The notes beneath the pieces are model-generated. The model was not told the origin of the DNA, ran no database searches, and saw nothing but the letters and a program-made list of their open reading frames with translations. The translations under genes were made by a program, and so were the position numbers. Below are positions 41,460-57,200 of a stretch of DNA of 64,000 nucleotides, piece after piece. How positions within the stretch are numbered: position 1 is the stretch's first letter; each line of letters starts with the position of its first letter. This DNA is from Octopus sinensis (taxonomy: Eukaryota): assembly GCF_006345805.1 (NCBI RefSeq), contig NC_043008.1:41416001-41480000 (forward strand). Direction: 5' to 3'.

Positions 41460-42142
41460 CTTGTAGGTGTCTATGTATGTATATGTACTTGTGAACGTGT
41501 CTTTGTAGTTATTGATACATGTATAGATATGTACGCTTCTTTTGCCAAGTTGTGATGTATAAGTTTATATGTTCTTAAAAACAAGTAAAGTACAGAAACA
41601 TGTAACGATTTTGCGGAACAAATTTCTCAATACAAGGCGAGTTTTAATATTCATTAAACACAATTAATCTACTTTCGACATTTTGTCGAACATAATTTTT
41701 CAAATTCTTTAAGAATAGTTTAAGATTTACCTCTAATGGCTAATTAACTGAGAATTGCGCGTGCATACAAGGAATCTGTATTAATTTGGGGAGTGAAATA
41801 AAAGAGAGAGAAGATAAGCGGTGATTCTGAATTTTGGATACCTAATCTTAGTTATGACGTCACTAATTAAGGAATCATGGAAGAAATTCTGCTTTCATTT
41901 TAGCTCACTCGGATTCCTGACCAGTGACACAAGATCAGCAAGCCGTACGGCATATTGTAAGCTGAAGTTTTGGTAGCCCTTTTGTTCTTGCTGATATTCT
42001 TTTGATCAGCATAAATTTTATACGATTCTTTTCGGCTAAAAGTTCATAAACATTATTTTCCGCTTCCATATTAAGTATGGAAGCCATTAATTATGGGTAT
42101 TTTGTCAACGGTAAGGATTTATTTTTATCGCTTTTATATCAT

Positions 42143-42546
42143 TTACTTTTTTACTTGTTTCAGTCATTTGACTGCGGCCATGCCGAGGCACCGCCTTTAG
42201 TGTAGCAAATCGACCACAGGACTTATTCTTTCGAAGCCTAGTACTTATTCTATCGGTTTCTTTTGGTGCACCGCTAAGTTACGGGCACGTAAACGCACCA
42301 GCATCGGTCGTCAAGCAATGCTGGGGGAACAAACACAGACACACAAACATATACATACACGTACATACATATATATATATATATACATATATACTACGGG
42401 CTTCTTTCAGTTGCCGTCTACCAAATCCACTCACAAGTTCTTGGTCGGCCCGAGGCTATATTAGAAGAGACTTGGCCAATGTGCCACGCAGTGTGAATGA
42501 ACCCGGAACCATGTGGTTCATAAGCAAGCTACTTACCACAAGCCAC
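42143..42546 (-). mobile_element. SINE family A
   Basis: Homology to the other copies. Confidence 0.85.
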
Positions 42547-43231
42547 ACATACACCTACACAACACGCACATACACACACTCACTCACACGCACTCATACG
42601 CGCACACACACACACAGATATATATGCATATATCGGTGGCTCTTATTTCATTAGCTTTGTGTGAATAAAAGCAAAATTAGTCATGAATTGTCTGGAGGCC
42701 GACTTGATAAAACAGAGTAGCCATATTAAATATACCAGGTCATATTCCAGCAAATATTTGTATGCAAAGAGTGATTTTTTTTTTCAGAAACAAATAAAAT
42801 AAAATTGTTGTCATGACTTCTTGTCTACTCGACTTCTTCACAAATACATGAAACAAAACAAAACGGTCTTCAACTTAGAAATATATAGTGACGGCGACAT
42901 ACTCTCAGTTTTGAAAGTCCGTACATTGTTTCTTTACAGTAGTATAAGAGATGCTTTCAACATATTATCCAACCGTATGAAATTAAATTTACTTATAGTA
43001 CTGGAAATTGGTAACAATGAGAAATTTCGTGTGTGATGTTACGTTTACCTAAACTAAAACTAAGTACCGGTTGAACGATAACTTGACAGTCAGTAAATAG
43101 TCACACTTTTAAAATAATGAAATGCATTTATTTATTGCATTTGGGAATGTGTTACAGGGCTGATAACTCGTGGTAGCATAGCATATATTAACTCAAATGG
43201 ATTCAATCACTATCCAAAACTAGGACGATTC

Positions 43232-43719
43232 TCTCTTTACTCTTTACTCTTTTACTTGTTTCAGTCATTTGACTGTGGCCATACTGGAGCACTGCCTTTA
43301 GTTGAGCAAATCGACCACAGGACTTATTCTTTGTAAGCCTAGTACTTATTCTATCGGTCTCTTTTGCCAGACCGCTAGATTACGAGGACGTAAACACACC
43401 AGCATCGGTTGTCACGCGATGCTGAGGGGGGGGGGGCAAACACAAACACACACACACACAAACACAAACACACACACACACTCACACACACACACACACA
43501 CACATATATATAATATATATATATATATAATATATATATAAACATATACATACATACGACGGGATTCTTTTCAGTTTCCGTCTACCAAATCCACTCAAGG
43601 CTTTGGTCGGCTCGAGGCTATAGTAGAAGACACTTGCCCTAGGTGTCACATAGTGACACTGAACCCGGAACCACGTGGTTGGTAAGCAAGCTACTTACCA
43701 CACAGCCTCTCCTGCGCCT
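43232..43719 (-). mobile_element. SINE family A, full copy
   Basis: Homology to the other copies. Confidence 0.88.
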
Positions 43720-44614
43720 ATTTACAATCTATATTGTGGTTTAACTGCAAGTTTCTGTATTTCGCAGATCGAAACTTTTCTGCGTCAATAGCAAGCAGAC
43801 ACAATATGATTTTACTCGACAGTTTGCGTTAAGGAACTTTGCACTTCTAAACTTATATTATCATACAAAACATCATATAAATAAATTTCTGTCCTGAGTA
43901 TGTGGCATAGACCAGTTTCTAAAACGTAAGAGAAGAAAAATTTCAATCAGCATTTCAAAAGGATTGAGAGGTCCTCATGATTTCTGTTGAGCCCTTCATT
44001 ACAGGAGAGTTAAGAATTGTACAGATTTGGGTGATGTAAAATTAGTTGGTATCTCTGCTTCTACAAGCATTATGCGTGAAATCTAGCTTTGCGGTATGTA
44101 GAAATAGTTAGTTTCAGTAGATGAAGAAAAAGATGTGAATGTTTCAAGAGCGATAAAATTGGAAAATTCTTGAAATGTTATTAGGATCCACGATCAAAGA
44201 AGAGAAAAGGTACTTCTCCAGGGTATTCGCGCACCTTGTAAGCCTACGTACAAAGAAGAACCGAAATAGATTTTTCATTGTTGAGTGTGGTGAAAGGTCA
44301 AAGAGTAAAGAAACGTTTGAAATTTCTTTAGTTAAGTGATATTCAAAAGAAGCTTATAGCACGGTGAGATTGAGACAGTGGGGAGAGGCACTGAGAGACA
44401 GAAGAGGAAGGAATTAGAATACCTTATTAAAGTGATCATACTGAAAGTAAGAAAAAAATTAGAAAGAATTTTACAGAAAAATATTATTGGCTTAAAGGTG
44501 ACAGTCGGACTGGATGAGAGGATAGGAAAAGGTAACATTAATGGATCGAAGAAGCAGAGAAAATTGTGTTTAGTTTCTGTAGTAGAAAATGAAAGAGGAA
44601 AAGATATTGTGCTG

Positions 44615-44644
<30 letters not shown>

Positions 44645-44647
<3 letters not shown>

Positions 44648-44833
44648 AATTCTATAACTGAGAGGTGAGGAATTATGTACATTACTTACATTATTTACAA
44701 TTGACGGATATTTGTCCTCATCTCGTTCAACGTTTCGGCTGATATACCTTCTAGCCTTCATCAGGTGTCTTGGGGAAATTTCGAACCTGGATCCTCATTC
44801 CTAAGCCATTTTTCGATGTTGTTGTTGTTATTA

Positions 44834-44905
<72 letters not shown>

Positions 44906-44975
44906 TCAGTGCCTGGAATCGAACTCGGTATCTTGGGGTTAGTAGCCCGCGCTCTTAACCACTACGTATATGCCC
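44645..44975 (-). mobile_element. tRNA-headed SINE-like element carrying a hammerhead ribozyme core
   Basis: Minus strand: A-box-like TACGTAGTGG (44968-44959), anticodon-arm-like GGG-CTACTAA-CCC, B-box GAGTTCGATTCC (44926-44915), then (AAT)n, the HHR core, and an AT-rich tail ending in (TA)n. Confidence 0.75.
44728..44769 (-). ncRNA. Minimal type I hammerhead ribozyme motif (stem I 3' strand damaged in this copy)
   Basis: GACAC-CTGATGA-A-GGCTAG aaggtata TCAGCC-GAAA-CGTT-G. Intact core, GGCT/AGCC helix II, palindromic AACGTT helix III. Confidence 0.7.
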
Positions 44976-45823
44976 GTAGGCATATGCGTGTGGTTGTGTG
45001 TGTGTGTGTGTGTGTACATGCTTAACTCCTTCGTAGAAATTTATTCAGAATTCCGATAAATAGTAGGAATGAAGGGACATTCGTGGCGTCAGGATCAATA
45101 GAATCTGAAGATGATGGCTATATCCTTCAGGGGAAAGGGGTCCTTCAATAAATATCGGAAAGGGGTCCGACATTTATGACTTTTATAAGAAAATGAGAAA
45201 AATCGAAATGTGTGAAGAAATTTGTGGTGAAGCGGAATAAATGTGGAAAAAAAAAACAGAAGTTAGTGAGATTAATCGATCAATATTGCAAGTATAAGGT
45301 GGTAGAAAGAGTCATCTTAATCTTGATTGTCTATTAAACTCTCTTATGGCGGAACTCTTGCCTTTCCTCAGAGCTCAGCTGAGCGTAAGATTTTCTTAGC
45401 GTTCAAGGAAGCTCAATGCAATAAAAATGTGAGGCATTTCTTTGTATTAAGCAGGAATACCCAAACACACTATAGTCGGCTTAGCTTTTGACAATGCAAT
45501 AATAAATGGTGGTTTTATTGTGCGTATGTAAACAGAAGCAAAGGGTGACGTAAGTCTTGTTGTTAAATATCCCTATTGAGACTGATTTGTTGAAAGTACA
45601 ACGAAAAGTGTCGGGGATAATAGTAGAGTTGAATTCCAAATCAGCGGAAGAAGTGGATGATGTCTGAAATTAAAGCATTGAATTCATCAATAGACAAAGT
45701 ATTAGCGTTAATACAAATTCGAAATATATATATATATATAAATATATATATATAAAATATAAATTAGAGATAAAACCATTCATTTTTTCCCTGTAAGTTT
45801 GGAGTTTACTCCTAATATTATTA

Positions 45824-45878
<55 letters not shown>

Positions 45879-46544
45879 CATATATATACGGTTGTCTCCT
45901 TGATTTGGAGGAAGATTTAGGTCAGGACATTTCTCTGACATAGTTCCCGTAGGTATAACTTATATTGGCTGAAAGGACTCATAGGAAAATAATCAGTGCA
46001 AAAGAACAAAGATCTCATCTCAGAGAAGAGTTCAGCTAGTGCTAAGTTAGAGCGCAAAATAAATGCCGAATAAACCTTAAATGGCTAAAGAGGCATTATC
46101 TAACGAACATCGCTATATTGCGACTTCTGATCCATATTAAATAGATATTAGAATTTATAGTGGAAAAGCTTCAAGGGAAAGAGGATGCCTGACATCATTG
46201 ATAAGGGGGACATGGAAGCATCAAGTTTTAATATTTGGTTATCTAAACAATAAGAAACTAATTGACGAAGACGGCTAGGATCGATGTGGTTGTACATAGA
46301 ACTGGCGAAAAAAATTTATAATATGTGACATGCTTTCATGAGGTTGTTTGTAGTAAAGGCATAGACGATGTGTCCATTTTCTGAAATGACACAATTATTT
46401 TGATTTGGCCTCTTACGAAACCTCGCAGAATAAGTTTGAGGAAATGCACTTGGTATAGACACTGTGGAATAGGACATATTTTTAAACTTGATACATATTC
46501 AAGACAATCTGATTTAGATGAAGTAGCAAATATCAGTTTCAAAA

Positions 46545-46930
46545 CCTTGCACAAGGCCAGAAATAAAGGAGGAGAGGGCAAGTCGATTACATCGACCCTG
46601 GTATATAACTGGTACTTGTTTTATAAACTCCAAAAGGATGAAATGCTAAAATTGACCTGCACGAATTTGAACTCTAAACGTAGTGACAGACAAAATGCTG
46701 CTAAACATTTTGTTCGCCGAGCTAACGATTCTTATTTCTTTATTGCCCACAATGGGCTAAAGGTTGAGGGGACAAACAAGGACAGACAAAGGAATTAAGT
46801 CGATTACATCGACCCCAGTGCGTAACTGGTACTTAATTTATCGCCCCTGAAAGGATGAAATGCAAAGTCGTCCTCGGCGGAATTTGAACTCTAAGCATTT
46901 CGCCCGGCGTGCTAAAGTTTCTGCCAGATC
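46545..46930 (-). mobile_element. Dimeric SINE family B
   Basis: Same module-spacer-module layout as 34958-35550. Confidence 0.75.
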
Positions 46931-47491
46931 GTCTCCTTGACATAGTAGCAATTATCATAATTTCATTAAAACAGTATACCTACAATATTCGAACACCTGA
47001 CCATTATTCCCTCAGAGATGGAACACCATGAATATATGACAAATGACAATACAGTGTAAATTATGGGAAAAATTAATTTAAATATATGAATTTTTGGATA
47101 GAAAATTATCAAAGAAACAAACGTAAAATAGATTGTGATGTTGAGTTATTTAGCATTTATTTATAAGAGATTTGTTATATTATTGGAATATTTCTTTATA
47201 TATCGAGGCAATAATTTGAAAGAAATAAGTCTTTCACAGGAACGCAAAAAAATTCCCAAGGAATAACGATGCTTATTTACCTCAAACTCAAACAGGAAAA
47301 TGTTTTATACATTTTATTTATGTTAAAAATTTAGTTCCCACATTAATTTCAAATAATACATTCGATCGTATTTTTTCTATAATTTTGTCTCTCATCACAC
47401 CTATACATACATAAAATTATGTGTGTGTATGTGTATATTTATGTGAGTGCGTGTTTCTGTACATACATACATACATATATATATATATAAG

Positions 47492-47523
<32 letters not shown>

Positions 47524-48076
47524 TGTATGTAGTATGTATATATGTATGTGTGTATGTGTGTGTTGTACCTATATATTATATAATATAAAGATGTATATAT
47601 ATTTAAATTTGCTGTGTGTATAGGGATGTATATGGGGGCTATGTAAGTAAATATATGTATATATACATATTATATATGCATATATGTATATATTTATACA
47701 TACATAAATACATATATATATTAATGTATGTTTATACACACGCACATATATATATATATATACGTAGTGTATAGGCATATACGTCTTTGTGCAGATATGT
47801 TCATGTACATATCGTTGTACGTGTAAGTGTCCATGTTTATATAGTTATATAGATTCATGATAATATATGTGCGTGTGTGATTGTGTGCATCGGTGCGCGT
47901 CACTATGCATGTATGTGTGTGTATTTATTCTTACATACATATGTGTATATAAGTGTGTTTGTGTGTGTATACAAAAATACAGGTATGTTATTAACACCAT
48001 TGTTATTATTATCGTCATTGTCATTTTAGGACTATTATTATTATTATTATTATTATCATTATTATTATTATTATTA

Positions 48077-48109
<33 letters not shown>

Positions 48110-48235
48110 CATTATTATTACACGCACCTCTCCATATCTATTTGCAACAATGCCTGCATATATATGTAATTTTGTATATAAGTTTGTATGTATGTATGTA
48201 TGTATGTATGTATGTATGTATGCATGCATGCATGC

Positions 48236-48268
<33 letters not shown>

Positions 48269-48829
48269 TGTATGTATATATGTATGTATGTAGTATGTAT
48301 GTATGTATGTATGTATGTATGTACGCAGGCATGTATGTGTGCATATATACATTGGAACGTATAAATCTTTCTACGTGACCTCCGAAACAGTAAGTTGATA
48401 GAATACAAATTAAATTAAATTGAAAAATATACCAGTAAAATATAAAATAACTTTGAAAACGAATTAATGGCAAAATTGAAGAAAGTTAAGGGAATAAAAA
48501 TGAATATTTCATTTATTTCTGATCTAGAAAATCTATAACAATACAGCGTAGCTAGTTGAGGAAGAAGCGGGTTTTTGATTGAGTCTCCTTGTTAAATTGA
48601 CTTAACAACAAAGGAATAATAAATAGAATAACACAAACAAATAATGAGACGAAACAATTTTTTTTTTTAATATTTAGAGAATATGTTTTTTTAAATTTCC
48701 GTTTGTTATTTCCCCATATTTCACTCCATCTTTCATGTTGCCTTTCTCCTCTCTCTCTCTCTGTCTCTCTCTCTCCCTTTATATATGCTTGTGTGGGTAT
48801 ACGTATCTCTCTCTCTCTCTCTCTCTCTC

Positions 48830-48871
<42 letters not shown>

Positions 48872-48916
48872 GGTATATATGTATACACATACATGTGTGT
48901 ATGTATGTATATACAT

Positions 48917-48961
<45 letters not shown>

Positions 48962-49131
48962 GTGTGTGTGTGCAATATATATATATATGTATGTACGTGT
49001 ATATATATATATATGTATATATATGTATGTGTATATATATATGTATATATACATACATGTTTATATGTATGTACACATAAATACATATCTATATTCATAT
49101 ATATATGTATATATGCATATATAAATATATG

Positions 49132-49162
<31 letters not shown>

Positions 49163-50368
49163 GTATATATACATGTATATTATATATATGCATATAATAT
49201 ACATACATCCATACATACATACATACATAGTTCCATTGCTTTCTCTCCGTCTCTCCAATCCCCTGCCCTCTGCATTTCTTTGTGTTCACGTATACATGCT
49301 GACAGGTGCCAGGTACACGTAGACAATTACATACAGACACAGACACACACACAAAACTACAAACATATGTGTGTGTGTGTGTATGTGTGTGTGTGTGTGT
49401 GCATGTGTGGACTTGCGTGTCAACGATGAGGGGAATTGTTCTTGACTTCATTATCAAATTTTGTACACATGCAGTGAACTTTAATTGGAATATGATGAAT
49501 ACTTACGTGCATACGTAACTCTTCTAACTGTCAAACACACATTCCCACCCACGAACACACATTCAAAGCACACACATACACATACATCCACACACAATAC
49601 ACACGCCCGAACACATGTAATGAGGAGACAATTCAATTATTACAGGAGTCAAGAATAATCATCTGGAAAATAAATTGAGGTTTGGAAATCAAAAGTGGGA
49701 AACAATCAAATACACATAGACAAGTATATACGCACACACTCACTACGCACACGCTCACACACACACACACATATATATATCTATATATATATATATAATA
49801 TATATATTATATATATATATATATAATATATATATATATATGCAGGCGTGTATACTTATATAAATACACGTTCATGCGCACATGCCATTAAATAGAGATA
49901 TACAAGCGTATGTATGTATATATGCAGAAGGAAACACATTACAGAATTCAAGAAATAGATACATTTTACTGCAAATAAATTTATTTATTTCTTCTAAAAA
50001 TACTTCTTGAAACAATAGGATTGTTTAATGAAATAATGGATGTAATTTTGTTGAAAGTACGCGAGCAACAACAGTATCAAAAATATACTTCATTATTAAT
50101 AGTATTATGTTAATGATAATAAGAATAATGCTATCAAATTATTTAATAATGATATAAATAATAACTCTTTCTAATTTACGCACACAGTCAACAATGAGAG
50201 AGAGAGGTGGGGTGAGATAATTTCGTTGACCCAAGAACTCAAGCGGTAGAATTCAAAACTGACCTCGGTTGCGGTACACCTTAAAATATAAAAGTGAATA
50301 AAAGCGCAGGAAATCATTCTCACCGACACTTCAATGATTACGCCAAATTACCACCTTGATAATAATAA

Positions 50369-50560
50369 CGGGCTTCACCTGCAAGGTCATGTACTGTTTA
50401 TCTTGATAGGAGATGACCAAATCCCGTACATATGGGTGGGATATTTGTGCTCATGTACCCTTATCAGACGCGTAGTTTTGATAGGTATATTGGGCTTTCT
50501 ATGTTTCTACCCTAGTGTCACATTCATGGCATGCACTGCTCTCTCGTTCAATAATAATAA
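50369..50560 (+). mobile_element. 3' end of the same unclassified repeat, with an (AAT)n tail
   Basis: Overlapping homology with 27585-27670. Ends GCATGCACTGCTCTCTCGTTCAATAATAATAAT. Confidence 0.6.
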
Positions 50561-50662
50561 TCATTTCTACTAGAGAAGTAGTTCCCAATCTTTTCTCATT
50601 GGTTCCCAGCCTTTTTACTTAAATAACTTTTCCCACGGACCCATTTTAATATGCTTTTTCTT

Positions 50663-50762
50663 ATGTATATATATATATATGCATTATTATATATGTATAT
50701 ATATATATATGCATTATTATATATGTATATATATATATATGCATTATTATATATGTATATAT

Positions 50763-50770
<8 letters not shown>
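50663..50770. repeat. 30-bp tandem repeat, three copies (GCATTATTATATATGTATATATATATATAT)
   Basis: Directly visible exact units. Confidence 0.9.
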
Positions 50771-50809
<39 letters not shown>

Positions 50810-50875
50810 TCACAGTCGCCCAGTACTGACTTTGCGGACCACCAGGAGTCCGAGGACCGCAGGTCGGTAGCCACT

Positions 50876-51870
<995 letters not shown>

Positions 51871-51871
51871 C

Positions 51872-51900
51872 TAGTAGTAACAGTAGTAGTAGTAGTAGTC

Positions 51901-51946
<46 letters not shown>

Positions 51947-52026
51947 GGCTAGTGGTGGTGGTGGTGGTGATGGTGGTTGTGGTGGTGGTGGTTGTCATCA
52001 TCGTCGTCTTCGTGGCAGTAGTATTG

Positions 52027-52071
<45 letters not shown>

Positions 52072-52196
52072 ATGGCGATGATAGTCATACTGGTGCAGCT
52101 GCTGCAGCCGCGCCTGTTAATGTCCATGATGGTGGTAGCGGTGGTGGTGGTGGTGGTAGTCGTGGTAGTGGTGGTAGTGACGGGAGTGTGGTGCTA
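51872..52196. repeat. (GTA)n/(GTG)n compound trinucleotide field
   Basis: Directly visible. Confidence 0.95.
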
Positions 52197-52534
52197 GTGG
52201 CGCACAAGAATTCTAGATGATTACGTCACGAATGGCAATTCATATGAAAAAAAAAAGATGTGAATCGATGAAAGTTGTAAGGAAAGGTATGAAGAGAGTG
52301 AGAATTGGGATAACGACGGAGAAGACGCAGCATTAGTATAAAGGGAATATGGAAAGAGGGGGAGAAGGAGCAGAGAGGAAGCATGACGAGGTTTTTCATT
52401 TTCTTTTTTTGGCAAACTATAGTTTCCAAATGGAACCAGGTATATGTCCAACTGAACATCGCAGGTGCAGAAGACACCTTCACCGCATGGGGAAGTAGAT
52501 ATTTAGAATTAAAGCAATTCAAAATATGGAGCGG

Positions 52535-52619
52535 ATGATGATGATGAAGATGATGATGATGATTATCATTAGATTGCCGAGAAAGAAAAAGAAATGATGT
52601 TGATGATGATGATGATGAC

Positions 52620-52664
<45 letters not shown>

Positions 52665-52972
52665 AATGATGATGATGACGACGACAACGATGACGATGAT
52701 GATGATGACGACGACGACGATGACGATGATGATGACAACGACGACGATGACGATGATGATGTTGACGATGATGATTCTGACGATGATGGTGGTAGTGGTG
52801 GTAGTGGTGGTGATGTTTGTGGTGTTGACAACTACAACGACGACGACGATGACGAATGTGATGCTGCTGATGATGATGATGACGACGACGATGGTGATGA
52901 TGATGATGACGCTGACGACGACGATGATGATGATGATGATGACGTTGATGGCGATGATAATGATGGTGATGA
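52535..52972. repeat. (GAT)n/(GAC)n compound trinucleotide field
   Basis: Directly visible. Confidence 0.95.
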
Positions 52973-53511
52973 ATTAGGAGAAACAAAGAGCGGAGTAAAA
53001 AAAAAATTTAAATGAGGCAATGACATATATATATATATATATACTGAGATATAAAGAGAGAAACAGAGCGAAATAAAATGGTAACAAGCGAATATAAATT
53101 ACTTCGTTATTTTCCTCAGCTGTTTGTTCTGTTCTATTCTGAGAGAAGTTTCAATAAAGAACGACATACGTGAAGTATCATTTGAAAATAATAATACATC
53201 AACTATATAAAATATATCAAAACTATTTCCTAACCTGTTGACTTTTGCCAATTATTGATATTTGCCTTACAATGCATTGTGTTTAAAGTATTTGACGAAT
53301 GTGTAAACAAGCGCTATATACATACATACATACATACATACATACATACATACATAATACACACATATATATATATATACATATATATATATACATGTAT
53401 ATATATGCATATATATATATATAGATGCCTGTATATATGTATATATATCTATGTCTATGTGTATGTATATACATACACATATATATATATATATACACAT
53501 ATTTATATACA

Positions 53512-53556
<45 letters not shown>

Positions 53557-53887
53557 TATATATACACATACATACATAGATATATGCATATAGTTATATA
53601 CGTAAATATATATATATTTATATATAATGTATGTTTATATTCATGTGAGCGTATATTTTTCATATACATGTGTGTGTCCCTATTTATACTCACACACGAA
53701 ATTCATGCACATGTACACACACGTACACACAGATGTATGTATAGCCATACGTATTAATGTGTGTGCACGTGCACGTATATATTACTAAGAAGTAAGTAGT
53801 ATATATTTCCTTATTCATAATTAATTGTATGTATTTAATTACATATGTCATTGTTTCTATATCTATATAGATAACAGCAAATATAAC

Positions 53888-53918
<31 letters not shown>

Positions 53919-54380
53919 CACACACACATATATGTATTTATTTATGAATATACGTATGTATCTATTATTTATGTATGTCTTATATTTGCAGCAAAAATAT
54001 AACACCGAACTTTACACAAAAGGAAAGAAGTTATTATTTTAATGATTGATAAATATTTCTTGAAATTGGTGCCTAGAAGTCAAATTATTTATAGTTCAAT
54101 ATCTTTTGTTCTATTCAATATTCTGTACTATGTATTCTCAAAATACATTAATGTGATAATATATTACTTTGATAAATGAAAATACAACGTACATTAGGGA
54201 AAATATGACGGACGTTAAGTAATTATATAAAAAAGCAGTTGCACATGTGTTAATGTTTTACGAGAGAAATATATTTAAATTCTATAAACAATAAGGTCTG
54301 AAAAAGAAATTTTGTTCTCCAAAATCCGAGAAGTGATTTCGTTCCTGTTGGAGTACTTTTGTAATCGGTTTCTTAAGAAT

Positions 54381-54612
54381 GGCGGCGAGCTGGCAGAAAC
54401 GTTAGCACGCCGGGCGAAATGCTTAGCGGTATTTCGTCTGCGTTACGTTGTGAATTCATATTCCGCCGAGGTCGACTTTGCCTTTCATCCTTTCGGGGTC
54501 GATAAATTAAGTACCGGTTACGCACTGGGGTCGATGTAATCGAATTAATACCTATGTCTGTCCTTGTTTGTCCCCTCTATGTTTAGCCCCTTGTGGGTAA
54601 TAAAGAAATAGG
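54381..54612 (+). mobile_element. SINE family B, reference-like copy
   Basis: GGCGGCGAGCTGGCAGAAACGTTAGCACGCCGGGCGAAATG head, B-box-like G(A)ATTCA(T/A)ATTCC, body GAGGTCGACTTTGCCTTTCATCC. Confidence 0.85.
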
Positions 54613-55980
54613 TTTCTTAAGAAATTATTCATATATAATGATTAACACCTTAGCGCACTATTTGATGGCATAAAAGACATATGAGCATATAAAATGCCCA
54701 CCAATTTCAGCAGTGCATATGCAGGAACAGTTTTGCGTGCATTAAATCATGTAATATTTATAGCAATTTAGCAGTACATGACAAAACATTACAAACGTAC
54801 CTTAGCTAGAGCAGAGAAATTACTGTAAATAAAAAACATTTATTTGACTCACTTTAGTTAGAAGTACCCGCCCGGATTAAAATTAACCTATATTATTGTG
54901 TATCAGTGATAAAATTAAATTACGGGAGGCCTAATTTCGTATATAGCGTCCGGGATGATATTTTTCAGTGATTCTTAGAGGAAAAAATCATGCATATATA
55001 CAAGCCATAAAATATCGTATATAAGCTTTGTGGATTCCAATCTAGTAGAAATGGTAGTTAGTTTCCTTACTCAAACCACATCATACCGTTCTAGGGGAGT
55101 GCATATCTTAATATATGCTCTTAAATTTTGTTAGCATCCAACTTATTCAAAAGAAGAATATTTGAAAACGTCCTCAGAGCTTTTGAAACAATGGCAAGTT
55201 TGAAAGTAAAGAAACAGCTAAAATAAGAATATAGTTATAAATATAATCAACCTCATAATATATCGGGGTAAATCCCCTTTGGAAAGCCCCGAATTTCATA
55301 GTTGAAAGCTGGCAAGTTTCTCTGCTATAGTAATCAGAAACATCTGACTGGATTCTGGGAGATACGTGGTTTGAGTCATGTCAATGTATCTGCCAGCTTT
55401 ATTCCGAGACGTTTTAGCCGATATATTATATTATGTGCTAATGTTTGGAGTTATATTCAATCTGGTGTCATTTCGTAAAAATAGGTAATGGGAATGTTGT
55501 TATCTGTTATTGCCAATCCTCATTGACTAGATAATTGATCAACACTCTAACAGCTGTAATTGTTTTCTTATTTTTTTTCTTTCTTGAAATATACAGACAC
55601 TGGAAAAAGACGTGATGATCACGACTGCAAGAATTTCGATAATAGATCTACTTGAATCGAGCTGGATCTACTATGAATTAAAAATAAACACTATTTCTTT
55701 CTCAGTTATAAGAAACTTTTGTAATGTAGCTTTTAGGCGAAAGGTAGTCCAGTTAGAAAGAAATACAGAAATCATTCTTAAATTGCACGAAATTAGGGTA
55801 CGTTATATGATGTACCTTCCGTGAAAAGTGATAAACAACAAATACAGCAACAAAAGGTTTTTTGATGATTTTCAAGAGCAAATGCAGCAATATATAATAC
55901 TACCAAAGACAATTGCATTTGGTGGTCAGTTTAATGATAAAATGAATATTTTCGGACACACATTTCTGAATATTTTCTAG

Positions 55981-56127
55981 CTTTCCAAGAAAAAGTCCAT
56001 TAACCTGGGTCATGCTCATCATTCTCTCGGAATATTCGAGAAATCTACTGGGCTACCAAAACTTCATCCCAATCCTTTCTTCCAAGTCAAACTTGGAGAA
56101 GTCTATGACTGCTTGACGCAAAGTAGT
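55981..56127 (+). CDS. Candidate symmetric exon (147 nt)
   Basis: Acceptor ttctgaatattttctAG, donor AGT|GTATGT, open frame LSKKKSINLGHAHH...DCLTQSS. Not recognised. Confidence 0.2.
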
Positions 56128-56971
56128 GTATGTGTTCGTTTTATGCAGTCGCACAATAAATGAACAAAACACCGAAAAACAGTAAAACAATCCCACATAT
56201 TTGAAAGCAAACTAGATATAACTTACAGGCTAAGACCGTACATCTTACAGACAAGACAACGAACATCTCCAAAACACAGTTGTGCATGAGGTGTGTAGTA
56301 CATATTCGCACGAATCTTCTATAAACAATATATTGATATTATCAACAATGACTTTTAATATCGGACTATGTTTCTTTCAGACAAAACGTCTTGAACAAGA
56401 CCGAAATAATATCATTGCTAATAGTAGCTGGATACTCAGAAAGGAAAATATCACTCAGAATAGGTATAATGACAGCAGAAAAAAATACAGTTATTGCTTC
56501 TGATAAGAGACGCCATAAGAGTAAGAGGTGAGAATTATAGCAGCCATTGTGGTCATAGTGTCATTTGTGTTTTCGCAACAGAATTTGCTGTAAATTTACT
56601 TACAGTAGCAAATTAGATCAGCAACAATATCAGTCCGACCAGGTGACACCGACACGGAAACTAAGACTGGAGTGTTTGAATCACGTACGTTTATCGTTGT
56701 GCACCTTTATCTCAGCGTGAAGTGCAGGAATATTTGGTAGGGTTTTCTGAAAATAGACGTGCCGCGTCTGTATACATACATATATATTACGTACATATAA
56801 TACACTGTGTTTATGACCAATTATGTGTTTATGACCAATTACTACTGAAAAATACTATCACACACACACATCAGCCAGCTACAGTATGTGTCAGGGCTTT
56901 TTACTGTATATGTTGTAGATATAATAATTCCATTCTAGAGTGTACCCGAAGCGCCAGATAAATGCAATCTT

Positions 56972-57200
56972 ATTTCTTTATTGACCACAAGGGGCTAAGC
57001 ATAGAGGAGACAAACAAGGACAGACAAAGTGATTAAGTCGATTACATCGACTCCAGTGAGTAATTGGTACTTAATTTGTCGACCCCGAAAAGACGAAAGG
57101 AAAGGTCGACCTCGGTGGAATTTGAACTCAGAACGTAACGGCAGACGAAATACCAGTAAGCACTTCGCCCGGTGTGCTAACGTTTCTGCCAGCTCACCGC
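56972..57200 (-). mobile_element. SINE family B
   Basis: Homology to 54381-54612. Confidence 0.85.

Larger units (their letters stand above)
43900..45700 (-). mobile_element. Possibly a highly decayed Penelope-like RT region, split by the HHR-SINE
   Basis: Only faint minus-strand motifs (HFLIKSHKCRTPFR resembles YFLPKIHK..P.RP) and many stops. Confidence 0.25.

Noticed and set aside
50344-50390. Symmetric 27-nt minus-strand micro-exon GEARYYYQG
   Set aside because: Its acceptor and first codons lie inside the interspersed repeat that is also seen at 27585-27670.
50663-50770. Regularly spaced 30-bp repeats as a CRISPR-like array
   Set aside because: No unique spacers and a eukaryotic context. 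It is a simple AT-rich tandem repeat.
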